IMG/VR virus record: IMGVR_UViG_3300011200_000001
Length of the DNA stretch: 44,019 nucleotides
Direction: 5' to 3' (one strand)
From: a virus
A program made the translations under genes and the position numbers. This document shows, in pieces, positions 32,237 to 39,270 of the stretch; positions within the stretch are counted from its first letter, which is position 1; every line of letters starts with the position of its first letter. A model generated the notes under the pieces. The model was not told the origin of the DNA, did no database searches, and worked only from the letters and a program-made list of their open reading frames with translations.

Positions 32237-32569
32237 ATGCGTCGAATAGCAGGAGTGACGGCCGCACTGCTCACGATCGTTCTAGTGCCGGGCTGCGCTG
32301 CCGGTGATGGTCAATCGAAGACGGTCAGCAAATCGAGCCTTCCAGGGTGGCCACTGACTGTCGACTCAGGAGTTCTCGAGTGCGAAGGATCTGGTGGCAT
32401 GGGCAAGGTCACGTTCGTCGTTGACGGAAAAACCTATGGGGTCAACGGAACAGCCAGAGCGGACCAGGACAACCTCGACATCCAGATGCTCTGGGCCGAC
32501 GCAGAGACCGCTGGCCTCAAGAAAGACATCAGCCCGTTGATCGATGAAGGCCTGAAGCTCTGCGAATAG
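32237..32569 (+). CDS. lipoprotein (110 aa), DUF2511/YebY-like pattern
   Basis: Signal peptide with lipobox: MRRIAGVTAALLTIVLVPGC. The features W.LTV...LEC...Y.VNG.A and a terminal LC resemble YebY. GC is lower than in flanking genes. Confidence 0.7.
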   Translation: MRRIAGVTAALLTIVLVPGCAAGDGQSKTVSKSSLPGWPLTVDSGVLECEGSGGMGKVTFVVDGKTYGVNGTARADQDNLDIQMLWADAETAGLKKDISPLIDEGLKLCE

Positions 32570-32591
32570 TCAGCATCTGCGAGGGACTGGT

Positions 32592-33743
32592 CTACTCCTC
32601 CAGCGCCGTAGTTCCGCGCATCGCCGCGAAAGCGCTCAACGCGCCCGGTGCCACATCGGTCAGGAGACTGCCGTACACGTCGATCGTGGTCGAGATCGAC
32701 TCGTGACCAATCCGGGACTGCAGCTCAGGCAACGTCGCCCCAGACATCGCCATCCAGACCACGTGGGTATGCCGCAACCAGTGAGGTGACGGCTTACGCG
32801 CCAAGGCCGCGGCCTTGACCGCCGGAACCCAGGCCCGGTTCCGGAAGTTGCTGTAGTGCCACTGAGCACCGGTCGCGGTGGTGAACACCAGGCCGTCACC
32901 GGCGACGCGGGCGAGGCGCCGGGCCACCATCGCGGCAGCCTCGGGGTCGATTGCGATGCGCCGCTGACCAGCCTGCGACTTCGCGTCTTCGACGACCAGG
33001 TGCTGTCCCGCGGCGTTGCGGCGAACCACGTGGCTCATGGTGACGAATGTGATGCCACCCTCAGCCCAGACGTCGTACGCCGACAACGCTGCACCTTCGG
33101 ACCAGCGCCACCCTGTGGCCAGGAGGAACAGGGCAAGGTCCGCGGCGTCCTTGTCGATGAGCGTCAGTGCCGACTGGAGCGCCGCCCATTCGGCCGGCTT
33201 CAGCCCCCTCGGCTGGCCCCGGTGCCGTTTCGGGAGCTCGGTCCCGATGCAGGGGTTGGCCTCGACCAGGCGCCGGCTGGGGGCCAGGGCGTAGGCGTAG
33301 ATGGAGTGCAGGAGCGCATGCCGGTCGACGACGGACTTCGCGCTCAGTGCCTTCTTGTCCTTGGTGCCGGCATGCATGGTGTCGACCCAGGCCTGGACGT
33401 CGGACTCGTCCACGCCGCCAGCTGCTCGAGCTCCGAAGGTGGGCTTGATCCAGTTGGTGTAGTCGCGGCGGTAGTCGGCGATGGTGCGATCGGAGCGGAC
33501 CCGGGTGGCTTTCCAGGTGAAGAACGCTTCAGCGATGGCGTCGATGCTGGATGTGGCTGCCTGCTCGGTGTCGTGTAGGACGTGCAGGGCGTACCTGGCG
33601 TCGCGGGTGTTGATGTCGGAGCAGAATGCGCGGGCTTCGCGGAGGGTGTCGAAGGTCTCGGAGCAGCCGCTGCCGTCGAGGCGGAACCGGACCCGGTAGG
33701 TGGTCCTGCCGTCTTTGGCGACGTACTTGTGCGGGGTCGGCAT
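32592..33743 (-). CDS. int: tyrosine integrase
   Basis: ATG at 33743 (MPTPHKYVAKDGRTTYRVRF...). Catalytic-domain motifs are present: WRWSEGAAL, HWLRHTHV and VYGSL. The track ORF extends across attP and is not credible upstream of 33743. Confidence 0.85.
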   Translation of the reverse strand: MPTPHKYVAKDGRTTYRVRFRLDGSGCSETFDTLREARAFCSDINTRDARYALHVLHDTEQAATSSIDAIAEAFFTWKATRVRSDRTIADYRRDYTNWIKPTFGARAAGGVDESDVQAWVDTMHAGTKDKKALSAKSVVDRHALLHSIYAYALAPSRRLVEANPCIGTELPKRHRGQPRGLKPAEWAALQSALTLIDKDAADLALFLLATGWRWSEGAALSAYDVWAEGGITFVTMSHVVRRNAAGQHLVVEDAKSQAGQRRIAIDPEAAAMVARRLARVAGDGLVFTTATGAQWHYSNFRNRAWVPAVKAAALARKPSPHWLRHTHVVWMAMSGATLPELQSRIGHESISTTIDVYGSLLTDVAPGALSAFAAMRGTTALEE

Positions 33744-33757
33744 GGCACAAGAATAGG

Positions 33758-33790
33758 CCCCTCTGTGTACACGGTGCGTACACAGAGGGG
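33758..33790. repeat. 13-bp perfect inverted repeat CCCCTCTGTGTAC-7 nt-GTACACAGAGGGG (arm-type site pair or hairpin) just upstream of int
   Basis: Read directly. A third copy, GTACACAGGGG, lies at 33948-33958 on the other side of the core. Confidence 0.65.
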
Positions 33791-33810
33791 CTTTCTTCCT
33801 GTTTCCTGCG

Positions 33811-33835
33811 GGTGAGTGACGGGACTTGAACCCGT
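33811..33835 (-). other. attP core candidate: tRNA 3'-end mimic (T-arm plus acceptor strand)
   Basis: The minus strand reads ACGGG-TTCAAGT-CCCGT-CACTCAC-C, which is a T-stem, T-loop and acceptor 3' strand. No complete tRNA can be folded from upstream sequence. Confidence 0.5.
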
Positions 33836-33849
33836 TTTGGGGTGAGGCT

Positions 33850-33883
33850 CTGACCTGCGGGTTTGGGTTAAACCGCAGGTCAG
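33850..33883. repeat. 11-bp perfect inverted repeat CTGACCTGCGG-12 nt-CCGCAGGTCAG next to the attP core
   Basis: Read directly. The same CTCTGACCTGCGGGT 15-mer occurs at 19678-19692 in the origin region. Confidence 0.7.
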
Positions 33884-34048
33884 AAGGGGTTTCGGTACGT
33901 AGTCTGTGAGTGTCTGTGGGTGTGTTTGTTGGCTGTTGTGTGCACATGTACACAGGGGTTTGAGGCGTGATGTTCCTTACTTGCGCAGCGCGTCGTCTTG
34001 GGCTCGCACTATGGTGCGCTCACTCACCATCACTAGAGGGGCCACGTC

Positions 34049-34483
34049 ATGAACGTCAAACTGAGCGCAGCGTTGGTCGCATCACTGGCCCTGGTTCTGG
34101 CTGGGTGTTCTAGTGGGCCAACCCCTGCGGAGACTCGGGCGTCGGCGGCCGCGCTCAGGGAAGCGATGCAGGTCGAGATCCGCTATGAGGTTGAGGGTGA
34201 GCGGTTGTCGTACGGGGACAAGATGCCGTACGCGGACGTGACGATGCAGACCCCGACCGGGACGTCGCAGTCATCGCCGGACCTGCCCATGGGGACCGAG
34301 GATGGTCGTGTCGGGTTGATGCAGACATTTGCTGCCGGAGCTTTCGTCTATCTGTCTGTCCAGAACAATGGCTCGACAAACGATGTGACGTGTCGTATCA
34401 CCGGTGAGGCTGGGCAAGTGATCAGTGAAAACACTTCATCGAGTCAGTATGGGATCGCGAGTTGTAAGGGCCAGGCGCGGTGA
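34049..34483 (+). CDS. MmpS-like lipoprotein (144 aa)
   Basis: Lipobox LVLAGCSS. The C-terminal domain pattern IRYEVEG...VQNNGSTNDVTCRITGEAGQVI...ASC resembles the MmpS family. Codon usage is atypical, with lower GC3. Confidence 0.7.
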   Translation: MNVKLSAALVASLALVLAGCSSGPTPAETRASAAALREAMQVEIRYEVEGERLSYGDKMPYADVTMQTPTGTSQSSPDLPMGTEDGRVGLMQTFAAGAFVYLSVQNNGSTNDVTCRITGEAGQVISENTSSSQYGIASCKGQAR

Positions 34484-34515
34484 CCTTGGGGGCTGCCCTC
34501 AGACGCACGAAAAGA

Positions 34516-34555
34516 CCCCCCTCGCCACCCGGGGTGGGGTGAGCGGCGAGAGGGG
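34516..34555 (-). terminator. rho-independent terminator ending the late operon (also downstream of the plus-strand lipoprotein gene)
   Basis: The minus strand reads CCCCTCTCGCC...GGCGAGGGGGG followed by TCTTTTCG. The stem has one mismatch. Confidence 0.6.
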
Positions 34556-34570
34556 TCGTCCTTGGTGGGG

Positions 34571-34882
34571 TCAGTCGGTGGGCTCGTTGACGTTCGGGAC
34601 GCGGAGCGATGCGCTCTGCCCAGCACACTGCATCGCACCAACGAGCCGATGCACGGTCCCCTTGGGCAGGATGTAGGAGTAGGTGTCGCCGTCCTCTGTA
34701 GTGCCGTACTGGGTGGCCTTCCAGAGAAGATCGCGAACGGCATCATAGACACGGTCGCGCGTGGTGAGTATCGCTACCATCTCGCTTGCTGTCGCTGCCC
34801 AGCGTTCGCGCCAGTAGGTCACTGCGGCTTCGGCATTGACCGGCTCGCTGGTCTCATTGATGAAGGCTGAGCCGCGGTCCAT
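34571..34882 (-). CDS. hypothetical protein (103 aa), last gene of the late operon
   Basis: ATG at 34882 overlaps the holin stop (TGATG). The stop is followed by TGACCCCACCAAGGACGACCCC, a partial copy of the tandem-TGACCC element. Confidence 0.65.
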   Translation of the reverse strand: MDRGSAFINETSEPVNAEAAVTYWRERWAATASEMVAILTTRDRVYDAVRDLLWKATQYGTTEDGDTYSYILPKGTVHRLVGAMQCAGQSASLRVPNVNEPTD

Positions 34883-35100
34883 CACTCGACCAGTGACGCG
34901 GAGTCGGAGCGTCCGATGTTGGTTGCGGCCAGCGCCTTCAACAGCGACAGGACTGCGCCGCCGAGGGCGAACCCGCCGACAGTGGCCCAGTCGGCGTTGA
35001 TGGCGTCGAACTGGTCAGCGGCGAACACGAGCAGCGCGGACTGTGCCGCGGTGGCAGCCGCACGCTCAGCGGCGTCCTTCCAGAACTTCGATGTGAAAAT
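34882..35100 (-). CDS. r1t-type holin (72 aa) with apparent ATT initiation codon
   Basis: Own translation: IFTSKFWKDAAERAAATAAQSALLVFAADQFDAINADWATVGGFALGGAVLSLLKALAATNIGRSDSASLVE. AGGAGG lies 5 nt before the ATT. An in-frame TAG, which is the lysin stop, lies 3 codons upstream. The first canonical start is 24 codons into the ORF. Confidence 0.65.
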   Translation of the reverse strand: MFTSKFWKDAAERAAATAAQSALLVFAADQFDAINADWATVGGFALGGAVLSLLKALAATNIGRSDSASLVE

Positions 35101-35109
35101 GGTGGCCTC

Positions 35110-35952
35110 CTAGAACTTGCCTGAGTTGAGCCGGGTCTGTAGCGCCTTGACGCTGCGCGGGCCGAAGTCGCCGTCAGCGGTGACGCCTAGCCGGCGCTGT
35201 ACGGCCTTCGTGGTGAGCGGTCCGAAGTCGCCGTCGACAGTCACCGCGAGGCGCCACTGGACGGCCTTGATGAGCGAGGACGAGGGCTTGGAGATGACCC
35301 CGTCAACGGGGGTGCCCATGACCTGCTGCCAGCGGCTGATCGTCGCCCGCCCGAGGTCGCCATCGACATCGAGCTTGCCGGCGGCAGGCTTGGCCGCAGG
35401 CTTGGTGGGCAGCGGTGCGCGCGTCTCGTCACGGGAAACCACCGGTGCTGCCCGGTCACCTCGCATGACCCGGGCGCGGGCGATGATGAGCTTGCGCTGG
35501 CCTGCCCTGATGTCGCCGGGGCAGGAGTGCCCGCCGTAGGACTCGCCACCCATCCGGTGGGTGCCGATGCCTCGCAGTCCGGGACGGTCCACGATCACGT
35601 CAGGGGTGCGCAGGAAGTTGTGCCAGCGGGCCAGGGTCTCGATCTGTGCGCCCGTGTACGGCTCGGTGGTGAAGCCCTCGGTCTCGAACGACCAGTAGAA
35701 CCCGTTGCCGGCTCCCTGCGCCCACGCCTTGTGGGTGAGTTCGGTGTACTGTTCGCTGCGCCCGTCCTTGGCGATCCACGCGGTGGAGAACTTCCGGTTG
35801 GGGGACACGAGCCGGTTGAAGTACCCGTACAGCGCGCCGTTGCCCTGTTGGACGTGGGGGATGTAGCCGAGGGGGTTGCTGGCGCTGAACGACCCAGCCT
35901 CTGCGCGGTAGCTGATGGGGCACCATTTGGCGCCGGGGAGATAGAGGCTCAT
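35110..35952 (-). CDS. endolysin: N-acetylmuramoyl-L-alanine amidase (Amidase_2/PGRP-like) plus peptidoglycan-binding repeats
   Basis: ATG at 35952 (MSLYLPGAKW...). HSCPG-type zinc-site motifs are present. The C-terminus carries three LDVDGDLG / VTVDGDFG / VTADGDFG PG_binding_1-like repeats. Confidence 0.8.
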   Translation of the reverse strand: MSLYLPGAKWCPISYRAEAGSFSASNPLGYIPHVQQGNGALYGYFNRLVSPNRKFSTAWIAKDGRSEQYTELTHKAWAQGAGNGFYWSFETEGFTTEPYTGAQIETLARWHNFLRTPDVIVDRPGLRGIGTHRMGGESYGGHSCPGDIRAGQRKLIIARARVMRGDRAAPVVSRDETRAPLPTKPAAKPAAGKLDVDGDLGRATISRWQQVMGTPVDGVISKPSSSLIKAVQWRLAVTVDGDFGPLTTKAVQRRLGVTADGDFGPRSVKALQTRLNSGKF

Positions 35953-36028
35953 GGTGTGGGGCCTTCCGTTGGTGTGGGTGTGGTCCTGCACGGTCCCGCC
36001 ACCGTGGAGTCTGTGCCGTCGTCGTAGG

Positions 36029-36760
36029 TCACTTGCCGAAGACCAGCCCGGCGATGCCAACACCCAGGCTCAGCGCGACCAGGAACGCGGCGATGACCGC
36101 GACCATCAAGGAACTCCCGCTGCGCTGGTCGGTGGCCTGGTCCCGGTACTCGATGCGGGTGTCCCGCGCCCCGGTCGTGGAACCCTCGCCCCTGTCGATG
36201 CGCTCCTTGAGTTCTGTGATGCGCGCATCGAGCGCCTTCTCAAGGGTTTGGATGATCGTGCCGATCTGGTCGATCTGCTTGGTGAACGAGGTTTCACTCT
36301 TGATCGCGGCAGCTGCCGACGCCTCACCCTGGGCGCCAACCAGTTCCTTCGCGGCCTGCAACGCCGCGGCCAGGGCCTCAGTCGATGCCTTCCCTGCCTG
36401 CTCGGTGCGGATGTCGCGCTCGTTGAACTGCTGAGCAATCGACTGGAACCGCTCGATCTGGAGGTCTTCGTGGTGGCTGATCTCGCTCTTGATGCTGTCA
36501 GGGATGCCCGCCACGCTCTCAAGGCGCAACTGGGTGGCGTCGTTGATCGCGACGATCTTGCCCTCGAAGACGTCTTGGATGCCTTTGAGCTTGGCCTCGA
36601 AGACCTTGTCTTGGCTCTCCTGCTCACGCTGGCGGCTCTCTCCGCGTTGTGCTAGGTCCCGCTGCAGGTCCGCGCGCAGGGCGGTCAGGTCCCGTTCGAT
36701 CACGCTGACCTCTCGGTGGATGGCGGCGGTGGTCATCGCTGACGGATCAGTGAACTCCAT
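36029..36760 (-). CDS. tail-anchored coiled-coil membrane protein (243 aa)
   Basis: A long heptad-like helical region ends in the C-terminal TM segment LMVAVIAAFLVALSLGVGIAGLVFGK. ATG 36760 is preferred over 36790 because the first 10 codons from 36790 have low GC3. Confidence 0.7.
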   Translation of the reverse strand: MEFTDPSAMTTAAIHREVSVIERDLTALRADLQRDLAQRGESRQREQESQDKVFEAKLKGIQDVFEGKIVAINDATQLRLESVAGIPDSIKSEISHHEDLQIERFQSIAQQFNERDIRTEQAGKASTEALAAALQAAKELVGAQGEASAAAAIKSETSFTKQIDQIGTIIQTLEKALDARITELKERIDRGEGSTTGARDTRIEYRDQATDQRSGSSLMVAVIAAFLVALSLGVGIAGLVFGK

Positions 36761-36894
36761 TGCGGGGCCTTTCGGTCGTGCTGGTGGCATCCTTTTATCC
36801 TTTGAGTAAAAGGGCGCATGGGGTCTGGACGCTCTCAGTTGGGTGGGTCAGGCACGCGCCGGGGGTCTAGGGCGCGCGTCAAGTAGGGCCAGGG

Positions 36895-36921
36895 ATATCC
36901 GGGTCATATGTGGTGGGGTCA
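36895..36921 (-). repeat. tandem-TGACCC element, copy b (starts on the stop codon of the SGNH tail protein gene)
   Basis: The minus strand reads TGACCCCACCACATATGACCCGGATAT. Confidence 0.75.
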
Positions 36922-38388
36922 ACGGATGTTGGGCAAGACGCTCTTTCGCAGCGCCGTGGCCCAACGGCGGGCATAGTAGGTGTGCCCGGCCTGCCCCGGA
37001 TGCACGGTGTCTGCTGCGCCGATGTACCTGTCAGCATTGCCCGTCCCAGCCAGAGCGCCGATGTGGCCGGTGCCGGTAACCCAAGAACCAGCGGAGTCGG
37101 TGGAGATCGGGACGAACCACGAATTGCTGTCGCCCCATGCAGTGAATGCGGCTTGGACTGCGATCTCGTTGGCCAGCGTCGCCGCACTTGGCCCAGAGGC
37201 CCCTGGCCAGACCCCACCAAGGACGATGGGTGTCAGTGGCAACGCGGCCCGGTACGCCTGTAAGCCTGCGAGGACCGCTGCGGTGATCACAGCCGGGGTA
37301 GAGGCTGAGTCGTTGGTTGAGCCTGTGAGCATGAGTAGGTCAGGGGCCGTTGCGACCGCATCAGCCACCCTCGCTGCGTGGGCGAATGGTGAGACGAACC
37401 CGCCTGGGTTGACCCAACCAGTGCCACCGAGAGCGACCTGACGAACATCGGCCCACCCGAGCAGTTTGCCGAGGCTGATGTTCCAACCACCGTTGGGTTG
37501 AGTCACGCCTGTCTGTGCGGACACGGAGTCACCTACCGAGGCGACGGTCAGGGGGTCAGCGTCGGCAGGTGTCCACACGGTGTAGGTGGGGCCAACATGG
37601 ACGCCGCGCATGCCCGAGGCTTGGTCGCCTTCGACTCTGATGCGGCGAGTGGTAGCGCCTCCTGATGCGGTGAAGTCGAGCAGCATGTAGGACCCGCCGT
37701 TGGTCTGTGGGAATGCGGTCGGAACGGCTGCCACGGCCACGCCATCGACCTCGAACATGAGCCCTTGTGGGCTGGTCGAGTTCGCAGCGAACACCTGTAC
37801 CTTCGGGGCGTCAGTCATGAACTCAACAGCCCAGCCGACTGCGCTATGGGTGGCGTCAATGTTGCCCACTGTTGCTGGCAACGTCACGACGGGGAACTTG
37901 TAGTAGATGCCGCTGACAAACGGCGTACCGCCCCGGTAGCGGTAGCAGGCGGCGTTGGCCGCTGAGACGGTGAAGTAGACAGTTTTGGTCAGGGTCGCGT
38001 CTAGGTCGGTAATCGCGGTAGTGATGACTGGGGGCGAGGTCATCACCGGGCGCTCGATGCTGTTCAGGCCCTTGGCGATAGCAGCGGCACGACGAAACCG
38101 CTCCCCGAGCGGGCGCGCAAAGGTGGAACTCAGTAGTGCATCCTGGTTGGCTCGGTCGGCGTCGATCTTGTCGTCGACACCAGCCGCGCTGATACCCCCA
38201 CCCGCGAGCAGCGCCTCAGCCAGAAGCTCGGAGATCTCACCCTCACTGACCGGCCATCCCTGGTCAGGCAGCGGCGGGCCTGCGGGGGCGACGTCTTCCA
38301 CCCACCCGAGGGTGTCCCAGCCGCCGTAGAACGCGGAGTCGAGGACGGTCTTGACGATCCCAGGCAGGCTGGGGTGGCTCATCCACAT
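36919..38388 (-). CDS. tail-fibre-like protein with C-terminal SGNH/GDSL hydrolase (esterase) domain
   Basis: Block I is VGDSVSA, followed by LTGSTNDS and a DTVHP(G)...H block V. The first 30 aa match 27/30 with ORF 5457..6857. Confidence 0.75.
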   Translation of the reverse strand: MWMSHPSLPGIVKTVLDSAFYGGWDTLGWVEDVAPAGPPLPDQGWPVSEGEISELLAEALLAGGGISAAGVDDKIDADRANQDALLSSTFARPLGERFRRAAAIAKGLNSIERPVMTSPPVITTAITDLDATLTKTVYFTVSAANAACYRYRGGTPFVSGIYYKFPVVTLPATVGNIDATHSAVGWAVEFMTDAPKVQVFAANSTSPQGLMFEVDGVAVAAVPTAFPQTNGGSYMLLDFTASGGATTRRIRVEGDQASGMRGVHVGPTYTVWTPADADPLTVASVGDSVSAQTGVTQPNGGWNISLGKLLGWADVRQVALGGTGWVNPGGFVSPFAHAARVADAVATAPDLLMLTGSTNDSASTPAVITAAVLAGLQAYRAALPLTPIVLGGVWPGASGPSAATLANEIAVQAAFTAWGDSNSWFVPISTDSAGSWVTGTGHIGALAGTGNADRYIGAADTVHPGQAGHTYYARRWATALRKSVLPNIR

Positions 38389-38432
38389 GCGGGTCTCCTG
38401 CGGGGGTTGGGGTGGTGAGTGGCTGGTCAGGC

Positions 38433-38966
38433 TCAGGCCGGGCCGAGGTCAACGACGTACAGCTGGCGGCTCCCCGAAGGGGTCTCCACCCCTGTGCCAC
38501 CGAGGCGAACGGTGAACGCGGACAGGGTCACGGTCCCCGCGCCAGGGACGAAGGACCCCGCCACTGGCAGAGTCGGGTCGTATAGAGTCCCCAAGACGTA
38601 CCCTCGTGCGGACGCGATGAGCGTCGACGCAGACGTAGGAGTTGACCCGCCACCGTTGCGGATGCGGACACACACTGCGTCATCAGCCACTGACGTCCCC
38701 ACGCCGCAGCCGTCCAGAACCGCGCGGTAACGGCGGCTCGCGACCGCGGTGAACACGTAGTTACCCAGGACCGCGTCACGGGTCTCGGTGGTGCCGCTGG
38801 TCACGGTGCCGCTCGATGACGTCGATGCGGGGGTGCCCATGTTGGCCCCTGCGCGAATCCCCGGAATGACATCCAGAGCCTGAGCGATGGCTTGAATGTC
38901 AGCGGGGACGTTCGGGGCTGCGCTCGGGTCTGGGTACGGCAGAGAGAGGTTCGCGGTCGTTGGCAT
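38433..38966 (-). CDS. minor tail protein (fibre/tip)
   Basis: The N-terminal MPTTANLSLPYPDPSAAPNVPADIQAIAQALD pattern is common in actinophage minor tail proteins. AAGGAG ribosome-binding site. Confidence 0.7.
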   Translation of the reverse strand: MPTTANLSLPYPDPSAAPNVPADIQAIAQALDVIPGIRAGANMGTPASTSSSGTVTSGTTETRDAVLGNYVFTAVASRRYRAVLDGCGVGTSVADDAVCVRIRNGGGSTPTSASTLIASARGYVLGTLYDPTLPVAGSFVPGAGTVTLSAFTVRLGGTGVETPSGSRQLYVVDLGPA

Positions 38967-38979
38967 GTGTGCTCCTTGG

Positions 38980-39270
38980 CTACGGCGTACCGATGACCCG
39001 GCAAATGATCACCAGGGACGGGGGCTGGATATTGAGCAGGACGGTGTGCCCCACCACGGGGGTGTACGCCGCGCTATAGGCGACGGATTGTTGGATGCCG
39101 CGCCACGTCACCACAGCCAGCGCGTTGCCATCGCTGGCACCACCGGGGGTCACGGAGTAGACGACGGCAGGCTCGAGCCACGACGACGGGCGCCTGCCGG
39201 GGCCTGACCTGCCTGCCAGTTCGGCGGCGAGCTTGCGGGTCGCCCCGGTCATGGTGCGCTGGCGGGTCAC
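38980..39270 (-). CDS. minor tail protein (96 aa)
   Basis: The GTG start overlaps the upstream stop. The gene lies within the baseplate gene block. Confidence 0.55.
   Translation of the reverse strand: MTRQRTMTGATRKLAAELAGRSGPGRRPSSWLEPAVVYSVTPGGASDGNALAVVTWRGIQQSVAYSAAYTPVVGHTVLLNIQPPSLVIICRVIGTP

Noticed and set aside
31507-33850. Integration-dependent immunity, meaning attP inside the repressor gene so that integration truncates the repressor.
   Set aside because: - The attP core lies upstream of int, on the far side from the repressor gene, so integration would not alter the repressor ORF.
33811-33893. A complete tRNA gene at attP.
   Set aside because: - Only the T-arm and acceptor 3' strand can be recognised.
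- The upstream 11-bp stem with a 12-nt loop is incompatible with an anticodon arm.
- No D-arm or 5' acceptor strand is present.
32592-33953. The integrase ORF extended to 33953 (453 aa).
   Set aside because: - The extension runs through the tRNA-like attP core and both inverted repeats and translates to low-complexity sequence.
- The typical integrase N-terminus (MPTPHKYVAKDGRTTYRVRF) starts at ATG 33743.
34018-34030. A 9-nt match (TCACTCACC) to the inverted attP core sequence, upstream of the MmpS-like gene.
   Set aside because: - The match is too short to distinguish from chance, and it has no surrounding similarity.
35098-35115. TAG read-through producing an endolysin-holin fusion, as the explanation for the start-less holin ORF.
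   Set aside because: - This is possible but less parsimonious than initiation at ATT, which has a perfect AGGAGG 5 nt upstream.
- It is kept as an alternative in the holin finding.
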